This document shows, piece by piece, positions 54,533 through 62,951 of a stretch of 64,000 bases of DNA (within the stretch, counting starts at the first letter, position 1; every line of letters begins with the position of its first letter). The notes below the pieces were generated by a model. The model was given only the letters and a program-made list of their open reading frames with translations. It did no database searches and was not told where the DNA came from. Source of the stretch: a virus (Duplodnaviria > Heunggongvirae > Uroviricota > Caudoviricetes). The stretch lies in the IMG/VR virus record IMGVR_UViG_3300027673_000001, positions 82,759 through 146,758 of that record; one strand, given 5' to 3'. The position numbers and the translations under genes are program-made.

Positions 54533-55021
54533 CCTACTGCGATGTGCTGCTCCAGTTGCTGCGTAAATTTTTGATCTACACAATACAACACACCACGTAC
54601 CTTTTGCCTTGCGAGCTACTCAGTCGTACTCTGCGATCGGTGTTCCTGCCCAGAAGGCACAGCCCACTAACCACTCATACTGCATTCTAGCCCTTGGCTG
54701 CAAAACCTCGGACACGAACACTACCCTTTCTCATACCTATTGGCTGGTTGGTTTTGCATGGAAGTCAGCACCACCTGTTACTTTTCTCGAACCCCAGTTC
54801 CTTGCGGCTGGTCGGCTCCAGTTCTTTCCCATACACCAGCTTCATAGTTACGTCCCCCGGTCTTATCAAGGAACGCTACCTCGCGGTAGTGAGCAGGCTT
54901 GCGTAAATGAACTATCTCTAGCGGAGTTATGTAGGAATACCTCCTTTGGGTCCTTCACAGGACTTATTCTTCGTAGTGGCGAACCACCACAGGACATTAC
55001 GCTGCCCTTAAAACTTCTTTG

Positions 55022-55094
55022 CTCCGTACCTTGGAATCGAACCAAGCTTCAAGGATTAACAGTCCTCTGCCCACACCGTGTTTGCTTGTACGGA
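55022..55094 (-). tRNA. tRNA-Asn (GTT)-like, atypical D-arm
   Basis: Perfect acceptor TCCGTAC/GTACGGA extended by 13-bp inverted repeat, loop CTGTTAA, T-arm CTTGGTTCGATTCCAAG. Confidence 0.35.
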
Positions 55095-55116
55095 GCAAAG
55101 AAGTTTCTTTGCTATT

Positions 55117-55191
55117 TGGAGCGGGTGAAGAATTTTGAAATCTCGTCCTGTTCGTTGGCAACGAACTGCTCTGCCTCTGAGCTACACCCGC
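55117..55191 (-). tRNA. tRNA-Gly (GCC)
   Basis: Perfect acceptor GCGGGTG/CACCCGC, loop TTGCCAA. Confidence 0.55.
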
Positions 55192-55198
55192 ATCTATC

Positions 55199-55272
55199 TG
55201 GTGCTCCTGGAAAGTTTCGATCTCTCGTCTAGCCCATACCAAGGGCTTGTTCTACCATTGAACTACAGGAGC
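55199..55272 (-). tRNA. tRNA-Thr (GGT)
   Basis: Acceptor GCTCCTG/CAGGAGC, loop TTGGTAT. Confidence 0.5.
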
Positions 55273-55278
55273 AATATC

Positions 55279-55353
55279 TGGCGGTCCCAAGGGGTAACGA
55301 TCCCCTTCTTCGGCAGTGACAGTGCCGTGTGCGTCCATGAACACTTTGAGACC
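55279..55353 (-). tRNA. tRNA-Asp (GTC)
   Basis: Stem CGGCA/TGCCG loop CTGTCAC; T-loop ATCGTTA. Confidence 0.5.
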
Positions 55354-55592
55354 AAGAATTTCTGCACATCTCCATGTGGGGACTCTTACCCCAGCCTTTC
55401 TAAGATTCACCGAGATGGCCTGATGAACGCTGTTTACTTTGCGGCTCTTGCTTTCCGCTTGATTCTTCTATAACTGGAGACCGCCTACATACAGCCATGA
55501 GCCATATGCCGTCCACGTTATCCGCTTACCTTTGAACATTGACCGAACGTACTGGCCGGTTGCACAAGTGGTAAGTTTCTGTCTCCGAAACT

Positions 55593-55668
55593 TGGTGCAG
55601 GGCGTGGTATCGAACCACATTCTCCTCGAGGTCATGACTCCTTTTAGAAGCACCATGCCATACCCCGC
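55593..55668 (-). tRNA. tRNA-like, anticodon arm not resolvable by hand
   Basis: 76 nt with good acceptor GCGGGGT/GCCCTGC, T-loop TTCGATA and CCA, but internal palindromes instead of a clear anticodon stem. Confidence 0.3.
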
Positions 55669-55673
55669 TTATT

Positions 55674-55756
55674 TGGTGGAGTGAGTAGGGATCGAACCTA
55701 CCTGCCAGAGGCCACCGGGTTACAGCCGGCTAGAACACCATTGTTCCATTCACTCC
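55674..55756 (-). tRNA. tRNA-Tyr (GTA)
   Basis: Class II, acceptor GGAGTGA/TCACTCC, loop CTGTAAC. Confidence 0.55.
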
Positions 55757-55762
55757 AATATC

Positions 55763-55837
55763 TGGTACTGCTACGGGGAATCGAACCCCGCTTTCCGCCT
55801 TGAAAGGGCAGCGTCCTAACCGATAGACGATAGCAGC
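55763..55837 (-). tRNA. tRNA-Glu (TTC)
   Basis: T-arm CGGGGTTCGATTCCCCG, loop CTTTCAA. Confidence 0.55.
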
Positions 55838-55844
55838 ATTGTTT

Positions 55845-55919
55845 GGAGTTCCGTAGGGGTTTCGATCCCCTCTCACTTGGTTGAAGGCCAAGTTGCCACA
55901 CCAGCTGCATCACGGAACA
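55845..55919 (-). tRNA. tRNA with loop CCTTCAA (TTC, atypical C33)
   Basis: Perfect acceptor GTTCCGT/ACGGAAC, stem CTTGG/CCAAG. Confidence 0.4.
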
Positions 55920-55988
55920 TATTCGACGAACTGTTCAAATTAACCATCGGTCAACTTTACTTGGTTCTAGGTTTCGGTTAACCCGTTA

Positions 55989-56094
55989 CCATATTGAAGC
56001 ACACTACTGAAATTGAGGATGGTGGATTCGAACCACTCTTGGCAACCCTGCTCCTCGATGCCCGTTTCAGTCAGGCTAGTGTACTTCAATATGG
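55989..56094. repeat. hairpin element H6 (terminal TGG = CCA of tRNA-Ile; core contains a T-arm-like motif)
   Basis: CCATATTGAAGCACACTACTG ... CTAGTGTACTTCAATATGG; internal GGTGGATTCGAACCAC. Confidence 0.65.
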
Positions 56095-56165
56095 TACCCA
56101 GTACTGGTAACGATCCAGTGTCTATCGATTATCAGTCGATTGCTCTGCCTTTGAGCTAACCGGGT
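56092..56165 (-). tRNA. tRNA-Ile (GAT)
   Basis: D-arm GCTCAAAGGCAGAGC, stem ATCGA/TCGAT loop CTGATAA; CCA lies inside hairpin element. Confidence 0.55.
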
Positions 56166-56264
56166 AGGTTTATGGTAGCCGTGCTGAAGCCTCGGCTTGG
56201 TGGGTTACCTAAGGTGTTGGGTCACCATCTCCAAACACCATCAGCGCATCAGCCTGCGCACTTA

Positions 56265-56358
56265 CCATATTGAAACACACAGAAGCTCTCTTATCCGCAT
56301 CACTAGACATTTTGTCGTAGCGTCGGTCATTGTACCCGATCGATGTGTTTCAATATGG
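56265..56358. repeat. hairpin element H7
   Basis: CCATATTGAAACACACAG ... GATGTGTTTCAATATGG. Confidence 0.7.
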
Positions 56359-56504
56359 AACCTTTGTGAGACCCCGTTATACCACCTACTTTTCAAGAAT
56401 CTTGCAGCCTGCTTATCCGGATTGACGCCGCTACTGCTGGGTTACCCCGTTCACAAAGGTCATTAGTTTCGAGTAGAGATAACACGAACTCTACACTCTA
56501 CTTA

Positions 56505-56582
56505 CCATATTGAACCACACTGGATAACCACCATACTTCCGGGTCTTACGCCGGCTATGTCTCTCAATGTGTTTCAATATGG
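56505..56582. repeat. hairpin element H8 (abuts orphan T-arm GTCGGTTCGAGTCCGAC + CCA)
   Basis: CCATATTGAACCACACTGG ... CAATGTGTTTCAATATGG. Confidence 0.65.
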
Positions 56583-56704
56583 TGTCGGACTCGAACCGAC
56601 AGTCTAAACGGATTTGACACTCGGTAGTACTACCTCCGAGCGCCACACATACATCCAGGAATCACCCCTTATCTCTGTGTGCTGCATCTAAACTATAACC
56701 TATA

Positions 56705-56791
56705 CCATATTGAACCACACTAAAAGTAATCTAACACCCGTTGGTCCGTGGAGCCCGAATGCTGAAAGAAATCTAGTACAGTTCAATATGG
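56705..56791. repeat. hairpin element H9
   Basis: CCATATTGAACCACACTA ... TAGTACAGTTCAATATGG. Confidence 0.65.
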
Positions 56792-56951
56792 CTTCTCCGA
56801 CAGAGGCATAGCTTACGCGAGCGTGTCTGGAGAATACCATCAACTTAGCGTATCGTCTCTCCCGAGAAGACTTCCTGCTGGAAACCGCTAAGTTTCTAGT
56901 ATGACTATGAATTGTTAATGAGCGTTGGTACTTTCTGCACCGTCATATGCT

Positions 56952-56981
56952 ATTGTAGCACACAACCGATTAAAAGTAAAC
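56952..56981 (-). promoter_or_regulatory. sigma70-like promoter GTTTAC-N18-TACAAT
   Basis: Reverse strand CAGGTTTACTTTTAATCGGTTGTGTGCTACAAT upstream of tRNA/hairpin array. Confidence 0.5.
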
Positions 56982-57295
56982 CTGTTTAGGCTGATGTCTC
57001 CTTAAACCTCTACCTGGATTCGAACTCAGGCCCTCTGGCAACCCCTATATGGGCTGGCGTGCAGGCACCCAGCACCTTAGAGGACTCATCTTAGTTCCGC
57101 GGCAACGTTGGTCGATGAGAGGAGAATCAGACTATCTGACGATTGCCGTCATCAGCCTAAACAGCACTTTGTTAACGAACTACCGACAAGCCTCGATCAA
57201 CTTGCCTTCTTATATCTCTATTATAGTGCCAAAACGATTAAATTTCAACACCTTTTGCTTCAGTGCCTTTCGGCGACTTCTGCTACACAAATCAC

Positions 57296-57324
57296 AGTAT
57301 AACAGTCCTAGGATTAAACGTCAA
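57296..57324 (-). promoter_or_regulatory. sigma70-like promoter TTGACG-N17-TATACT
   Basis: Reverse strand GCTTGACGTTTAATCCTAGGACTGTTATACT; second similar element at ~57215-57250. Confidence 0.5.
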
Positions 57325-57325
57325 G

Positions 57326-57354
57326 CACAAACAAGAAACCCTGCGAAGTGCAGG
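57326..57354 (-). terminator. rho-independent terminator
   Basis: Hairpin CCCTGCACTTCGCAGGG followed by TTTCTTGTTTGT on minus strand, downstream of gene 57525..57929. Confidence 0.55.
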
Positions 57355-57524
57355 GTCTTAGTATGAACTTGTGTTGCATCTAAAACCCTACGATACTCTA
57401 CCCTCGATAAGGGGGCGGTAGGAGACTTGCATGGCATCACTATGCCAATTGGTTGTCTGCTTCGCGGTGGTAAAGGATTTTTGTGTCATACAGTATATAG
57501 TCGTCTCTACACCAAAATTGGTGC

Positions 57525-57929
57525 CTAGTGCAAAAATATTTTGCTTTTTTTCACTTCTTCTTCGAACGGAGTAGCACCACCCATGTCGTCCTGTTCAACT
57601 TCGTAGAAGGATTCCCTTGACGGGAAGAGATGGTCAAGGTTTACTTCTTCTACAATGTTGTCAAAACTCTTTGAGAAAACCTGAGCATACTTGCCAAGCA
57701 CCCCATGGGTCCTAAAGACTAGCTTAGACACGTCTTTGATTGTTTGAATCTTATCTTTGTTCCTTATGAAGGTTGGGATGAAGAAGAACACACCATCTTC
57801 TAAGCTGACAACAAACTGAAGTGTAGCCACGTACCAAGTGTCCCCGTCAAACTCATGCTGACCAACAAAGACATTCACCACTTCTGGCACTAGCATGCCT
57901 GCATTTTCAAGAACGAATTCTTCACTCAT
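57525..57929 (-). CDS. hypothetical protein
   Basis: 134-aa ORF. Confidence 0.4.
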   Translation of the reverse strand: MSEEFVLENAGMLVPEVVNVFVGQHEFDGDTWYVATLQFVVSLEDGVFFFIPTFIRNKDKIQTIKDVSKLVFRTHGVLGKYAQVFSKSFDNIVEEVNLDHLFPSRESFYEVEQDDMGGATPFEEEVKKSKIFLH

Positions 57930-58344
57930 CTAGTCGCTCCACCTCAACACCACATTTTATCAGCTCGTCGATACCCCTGGAGTCCCTATAGAACTTCCCA
58001 AAGTAAACCTTCTTGAAGCCACTAGCCACGATGCCAAGACTACATGGATAACAAGGAGCGATCGTAACAAAGAGATCCGCCTCTTTGGCTGACTGCCCAT
58101 CTCGTGCCATCTTATAGATCAGGTTTTTCTCTGCGTGAATGACGCTGTCCAAAGTATAGGTTGACCCGTCATCATTGTGCCCCTCACAAACATTTGAGGA
58201 GCCAGGAGTAGTGCCATTGTATCCTATGGAAAGAACTCTATGTTCCTTCACGGCAACGGCGCCTACTTTGGCTCTCTCGGCGTATGATTGCTGAGCAACC
58301 AACTTCGCCATGTCCATGTAGAGTTTCTTATGCTTGGGACTCAT
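57922..58344 (-). CDS. cd: dCMP (cytidine/deoxycytidylate) deaminase
   Basis: Zinc-binding HAE ... PCYPC motifs. Confidence 0.7.
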   Translation of the reverse strand: MSPKHKKLYMDMAKLVAQQSYAERAKVGAVAVKEHRVLSIGYNGTTPGSSNVCEGHNDDGSTYTLDSVIHAEKNLIYKMARDGQSAKEADLFVTIAPCYPCSLGIVASGFKKVYFGKFYRDSRGIDELIKCGVEVERLDE

Positions 58345-58957
58345 TGCCTTCTACTTTTGCTTTCTTTGTAGAACCTTTCGGGCGACCTCTACCACGTTTT
58401 TCAGGAACCCCTGGCGGAGGTCCGAGTTTGTCTTTTGGTTGGGTAACATCAAGGACTGAGACCACATAGGTTCTTCCTTCTTCTCCCTGAATAACCTTGA
58501 CTTGGTTTTCCCGACGAAAGGCATTTTCTTCTTTGACTATACCTGCCTTCACTACCAAATCTGCGGTGATGTTGGGATATAGATCATCTAACTTTTGGTC
58601 CTTCACAAGGATCATAAGTTCTGCTTCGGTTGGGTGTACGCTCTCGAGTAGCTGGATGAAAAGCTGCTCGCGCCTAACTTGGTTAAGATCTGGGTTAGTG
58701 AAGATATAGAACTTCTTTACTTGCTGATACAGTGTGGCTGGGCTCATACCCAAAGGAGCAGAGTCTCTTTTGAAAGGAGGAGTTCCTTCGGGGAGCAAAA
58801 ACTTTGCTCTCTTATCAAAAGAGTAACCAAGGATGTTTGCAACGGCGTAGTTGGTTCTATACTCCTTTGCTAGGAGCTCAGGCTCGTCGTTGATCTTCTT
58901 CAAAATTTCAGTAACGTATGGGGTCATATTTTCCTCAAAAAGACTCAATGTCATCAA
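58328..58957 (-). CDS. hypothetical protein with C-terminal AT-hook-like RGRGRPKGS
   Basis: 209-aa ORF. Confidence 0.4.
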   Translation of the reverse strand: MMTLSLFEENMTPYVTEILKKINDEPELLAKEYRTNYAVANILGYSFDKRAKFLLPEGTPPFKRDSAPLGMSPATLYQQVKKFYIFTNPDLNQVRREQLFIQLLESVHPTEAELMILVKDQKLDDLYPNITADLVVKAGIVKEENAFRRENQVKVIQGEEGRTYVVSVLDVTQPKDKLGPPPGVPEKRGRGRPKGSTKKAKVEGNESQA

Positions 58958-59834
58958 GTAGGTTTTTGCAACGATGGGAGATCAAGTAGTCCATGATCTT
59001 CTTTTTGCTAACCGTAGGTTCATGTGTTAGGTATGTATGGATGATTCTTTCCCGTATTTCCTGGGGAATCTTCTCATACGAGACAAGCATTTCGTTACGC
59101 TGGAACCTAGCTCTTTCTGTATCGTTCTTACAAGCATCAATTCCCAACTTATAGAACTCCTCAAGGCGAGCTTTCTTGAAAGGGCTTTGACGTATGCCTT
59201 CCATCAAGCAGTTGTCTGCTGACATGATGTTTGGTATGCCGTCTCCTGTATCACCCATGCAGATTTTGTCAATCAGGCTTTTCTGGGCTGACAAAGCAGG
59301 CTTCACTGCCTTCTTCTGCATGGGGCTCCATTGACTTACACCTCGATACTTCTGAAGTTGAAGGTTGTCCTGGTCAGAAGAGAGGATGAGAATCTTTTGT
59401 GGTTCAGTCTCGAGCCCCTGCTCAATGAGCTCGTTTTCCTGGAAGTATTCAGTAAGGACGCCGATGACGTCATCTGCCTCTGCGCCTTCGGTAACTACAA
59501 CCTTGTAGGGAAAGTGTTCCTTGAGATCATCACGCAGTGAACTGATAGTGTCGAACACCAAGCCCCAATTGATTTTGCTTTCCTCTCTACCCTGAGCCCT
59601 TTTGCCTTTATACAAGGGAAACACCTTCTTTCGCCAATAGTTCCTACCATCAGCGCAGATGATCATGTTGCCATAGGTAGGTCCAAATTTACGCTTGTTG
59701 GAGACAAGGGAGGTAAGAACAACATGGCGAATCAAGTTGACAATCTTTTCATCGGAGCCTGTTTCCAAGTCCTTTTGGAAAGCGAAGATGCCTGATATTG
59801 CTACCTGGCTAAAGTCTACTAGAATTGGCATCAA
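58935..59834 (-). CDS. rnh: RNase H / 5'-3' flap exonuclease
   Basis: Hand alignment with T4 RNase H: DFSQVAI, Y-KG-R, SSDQD..QL..Y..V.QWSP. Confidence 0.8.
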   Translation of the reverse strand: MMPILVDFSQVAISGIFAFQKDLETGSDEKIVNLIRHVVLTSLVSNKRKFGPTYGNMIICADGRNYWRKKVFPLYKGKRAQGREESKINWGLVFDTISSLRDDLKEHFPYKVVVTEGAEADDVIGVLTEYFQENELIEQGLETEPQKILILSSDQDNLQLQKYRGVSQWSPMQKKAVKPALSAQKSLIDKICMGDTGDGIPNIMSADNCLMEGIRQSPFKKARLEEFYKLGIDACKNDTERARFQRNEMLVSYEKIPQEIRERIIHTYLTHEPTVSKKKIMDYLISHRCKNLLDDIESF

Positions 59835-60919
59835 AACACTTTCAAGATAATCATTTTGTCATTGACACGACCGTTTACGGGATGTGCCTTGGTAGTCAGG
59901 GCCTTGTATGCTGTAGCGATGGCTCTACGAGCCAGAGACCCAGCCATAAACACTTCGGGTTTACGAAGTAGCTTTACAGAGGAATGCTCTACGCTGAACC
60001 CAGTGATTGTCGTCCCACGAACGCCCAGCTTCTGGCCTGTCTCGGCTCCATACACGAAGAGCTTTCGCTTCTCGGTGTCATACAAATAAACCTGCTCTGC
60101 CCCGATTATACGTTCGGGATTCTCTGAAGTCAATTTCAACTCCGTGAAGGACTTCATATACTTCAGCTTCGCTACTTGAACAGACGCGGGCTTTTCCTTG
60201 CGAACTCGGGGCTTTCGAACCTTGACAGTAACAACCTGCTGAGCGCAGTCAGAAATGATTGACTGTACGAACTTAACGAAGCGCTTCAGCCTCACTTTAC
60301 CAAAGTTTCGATAACCTTCAACCAACTGTTCGTCATCACCATCTACGGCTGCTTGAAGTTCCTTCATAAGGGGAACATATAGGCTCCCAATAGCTTTGGC
60401 AACAGGGCCAGGAACATTGTTGGATTCCAAATATGCCTTAGCAGAGAAGTCCAACTTTCCCTGAGCCCAAGCATCAATTTCTGCGTCAATCTCTGCCTTG
60501 TGTTTGGATATAAGGATTGCGTTCTTATCTTCAACAACAGGCTTGGCTGCTACCTTTGTTGCTACCTTTACCTTGGGTTTCTTCTGGTACTTCAACTCAA
60601 GGACATGGAGCTCTTCGAGCATTTTCTGCTTGTGTTCTGGGGTAATGGGGTATCCCTTAGCTAGGGCCCGCCCAATCACACCAATACTCTTCAGCTCAAA
60701 GTCAGAAGGTTGGTCCAGATCAATCTTAGACTTGGGGGCATGAACAGCCACAAACTCGACAGCCCACTTCCGAATGGTTCGGTTGTCGGTGTTTCGATTG
60801 TGGTAGTTCATGAAGTGTATCAAGTCCTGAGTGTAGTTCTCTGACGTGATCTTAGGGTCAAAACTACGTTGACGAGCAACATACTCATGACGCTGTTCTG
60901 CTGTAGACTGTCTAGCCAT
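59831..60919 (-). CDS. hypothetical basic protein
   Basis: 362-aa ORF; promoter-like element at ~60940-60980. Confidence 0.4.
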   Translation of the reverse strand: MARQSTAEQRHEYVARQRSFDPKITSENYTQDLIHFMNYHNRNTDNRTIRKWAVEFVAVHAPKSKIDLDQPSDFELKSIGVIGRALAKGYPITPEHKQKMLEELHVLELKYQKKPKVKVATKVAAKPVVEDKNAILISKHKAEIDAEIDAWAQGKLDFSAKAYLESNNVPGPVAKAIGSLYVPLMKELQAAVDGDDEQLVEGYRNFGKVRLKRFVKFVQSIISDCAQQVVTVKVRKPRVRKEKPASVQVAKLKYMKSFTELKLTSENPERIIGAEQVYLYDTEKRKLFVYGAETGQKLGVRGTTITGFSVEHSSVKLLRKPEVFMAGSLARRAIATAYKALTTKAHPVNGRVNDKMIILKVF

Positions 60920-61004
60920 TAGTGCAATCCTTTACGTTATCCTATATTGTAACGCCTTCTGGAATAAATTTCAAGACTAAAAACCCGCCGAAGCGGGTTG
61001 ATTT

Positions 61005-61259
61005 TTATTCAGTCCCTACGACTGTTTCGTACAAAGTGTTGAACTCGTCTTGTTCTTCCTGCTCCTTCATGAAGGTCTGCTTGTGGTAAACACGAGCAGC
61101 CTTGTTTAGGGCCTTCTTGGAAAGACCATGCTCATCAGCCAAAGTCTTTACTGTTTCCTTAATGAGGTCACGTTCTGCTTCAATGCGAGTCATGCTCGCG
61201 CTAATCTCACCAAGCGCAGCTCTTACTGCTGCCTTAACTTTTGGGTCTTGCATATTCAT
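61005..61259 (-). CDS. hypothetical protein
   Basis: 84-aa ORF. Confidence 0.35.
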   Translation of the reverse strand: MNMQDPKVKAAVRAALGEISASMTRIEAERDLIKETVKTLADEHGLSKKALNKAARVYHKQTFMKEQEEQDEFNTLYETVVGTE

Positions 61260-61262
61260 GAT

Positions 61263-61523
61263 TTAAGATACCTTTACGATTGAGTCCCAGCGGAAACTGC
61301 GCCAGGCCTTTTTGTTGACGTCATACACAGCAAGGCTGGTAGTTGGGCGTGTCTTCCCTTCTTTGGGTTCTTTCGAACCTCCGGTGCCGACAGCAACATC
61401 TGGTTTGAGTGTGCACTCCATGTCCCTGAATTCACCGTTGAGCTTTTGGAAAGTAACCAACAAAGTTTTTTCACGCAGAGAGTTCCTTAGAGAGTTTTGG
61501 TTTTCTTCGAGAGTGTAGTCCAT
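61263..61523 (-). CDS. hypothetical protein
   Basis: 86-aa ORF. Confidence 0.35.
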   Translation of the reverse strand: MDYTLEENQNSLRNSLREKTLLVTFQKLNGEFRDMECTLKPDVAVGTGGSKEPKEGKTRPTTSLAVYDVNKKAWRSFRWDSIVKVS

Positions 61524-61569
61524 AACAACCTTTCTTTACTCACTCTCTAAGTATATGAGATTCTGACGT

Positions 61570-61974
61570 TCAAGTCAACTTTACATGGCTTCTCTTGATT
61601 CTTGCTAGCACGGCGTCGTTATAGAAGTGGTCTGGGCGTTCAAGAACTCTATGGTCCATCTGTTCCCTAAGTTCAAGATATGACATAGTACCTTTGTTGT
61701 AGCAAATATGAAGTATCTCTCTACTAAAGGCGTCCTTACCAAAAGCAGCAACATCATCTTGAAGAGCTTTGGATGAGCCAAAGTAGTCCTTCCAATCGCT
61801 TTCGCTCTTAACCTTCTTGCGCTTACCTGTGGAGTCTGTCTTTGTTCTGGTGAAGTGGAATATCTTTTTACCAAAGTATGACTTGCCAGTGTTCTTCGAA
61901 ACGATAACGTAAACAAACCCAACTGCTTTTTCTGGTATCTCAGTGAGTTCCTGACCTTTGTATTTCCAAGTCAT
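61570..61974 (-). CDS. GIY-YIG nuclease-domain protein (EndoII/DenA-like or degenerate Seg)
   Basis: GFVYVIVSKNTGKSYFGKK GIY-YIG motif; 134 aa; near nrd genes as denA is in T4. Confidence 0.45.
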   Translation of the reverse strand: MTWKYKGQELTEIPEKAVGFVYVIVSKNTGKSYFGKKIFHFTRTKTDSTGKRKKVKSESDWKDYFGSSKALQDDVAAFGKDAFSREILHICYNKGTMSYLELREQMDHRVLERPDHFYNDAVLARIKRSHVKLT

Positions 61975-62126
61975 TCATCATCCTCTGTATCATATTCCTC
62001 ATCCTCTGTGATGTCAGACCCACACACAGGGCAGAATGAAATGTCATTCTTCAGGAACTCGTCTTCGTTATATCTTAAGGTGCCGATGAAGTCACAGCTA
62101 TCGCACTCTATTTTTCTTGTTGCCAT
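61971..62126 (-). CDS. small Zn-ribbon protein
   Basis: Start at MATRKIE (62126) right after terminator hairpin; CDSC ... CPVCG. Confidence 0.35.
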   Translation of the reverse strand: MATRKIECDSCDFIGTLRYNEDEFLKNDISFCPVCGSDITEDEEYDTEDDE

Positions 62127-62154
62127 AAAAATACCCAGGTTGTTTAGTCCTGGG
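62127..62154 (-). terminator. rho-independent terminator
   Basis: Hairpin CCCAGGACTAAACAACCTGGG + TATTTTT on minus strand. Confidence 0.55.
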
Positions 62155-62253
62155 TATTTAGTGGAAGTTGAATTCAGCTCTACTAAATAGATGTGGGTCA
62201 CGGAACGGGAATTCCTACCCACTCTAGACATCAAAACAATCTAAGGAGACTAT

Positions 62254-62949
62254 ATGTCCAGCAATAGTATTTATTGCGTTTACCTCACCATCTACAGGGG
62301 TAACAAGCTTCCCCCATTCTATATTGGCTCATCATCCGTAGAAAAGGTTGAGCGAGGCTACCATGGCTCTGTTGGCTCGAAACAATACGGGAAGATATGG
62401 AAGAAAGAACTAAAACACCACCCCGAACTCTTTGAAACGAAAGTCCTTTCTACCTACTCATCTAGAGAAGAAGCAACCAAACGAGAGAACTATTTGCACC
62501 ACACATTGAATGTAGTGAGGAATCCTTTATACACTAACCTATGGTATGCAGTAGTAAACGGGTTTAGAGGATACAACTCAAAAGGTAAAATGAATTCAAT
62601 GTACGGGAAGAAGCGCCCCGACTCAGCAGAGAGAATGAGACAATACAACCCAATGCACAACCCAGTGACTAAAGCAAAAGTTGGTAAGTCACTAAAAGGA
62701 AGGGTTGCACCAAACAAAGGGAAAAGGAACCCACGCCAATCAAAGAGATTCACTGAGTCAAATCCTATGAAGGACAAAAGAGTTGTGGCAAAGATGCTAG
62801 CATCTAGGACACCGGAGTCTATAGGTAAGGGTAAGATTTGGGTAGCAAACACAATCACAAAAGAACGAAGTCGAATCCAGCCAGAGGACTTAGAACATAT
62901 GAAAAGTTCTGGCTGGATTCGACTAGCTAACAAAAAGCCAATACCTTAA
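62254..62949 (+). mobile_element. GIY-YIG homing endonuclease gene (Seg-like), free-standing between nrdA and downstream genes
   Basis: 231-aa + strand ORF inserted in minus-strand region; IYCVYLTIYRGNKLPPFYIGSSS..Y.GS motif plus basic NUMOD-like C-terminal half. Confidence 0.7.
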
Positions 62950-62951
62950 GA

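Noticed and set aside
56573-56640. tRNA call for GTCGGTTCGAGTCCGAC followed directly by ACCA
   Set aside because: The T-arm is followed by CCA with no acceptor 3' strand. Only a partial acceptor match was found upstream, so this is probably a truncated tRNA-like piece associated with hairpin element H8.
51897-56791. Possible CRISPR array suggested by the regularly spaced conserved ~20-nt sequences
   Set aside because: The conserved units occur as inverted pairs flanking variable cores, with no direct repeat/spacer periodicity and no cas genes. They are interpreted as hairpin elements instead.
57011-57110. tRNA call for CCTGAGTTCGAATCCAGG
   Set aside because: Irregular T-stem, no U33 in any candidate anticodon loop, and a weak acceptor. 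Likely a degenerate tRNA remnant.
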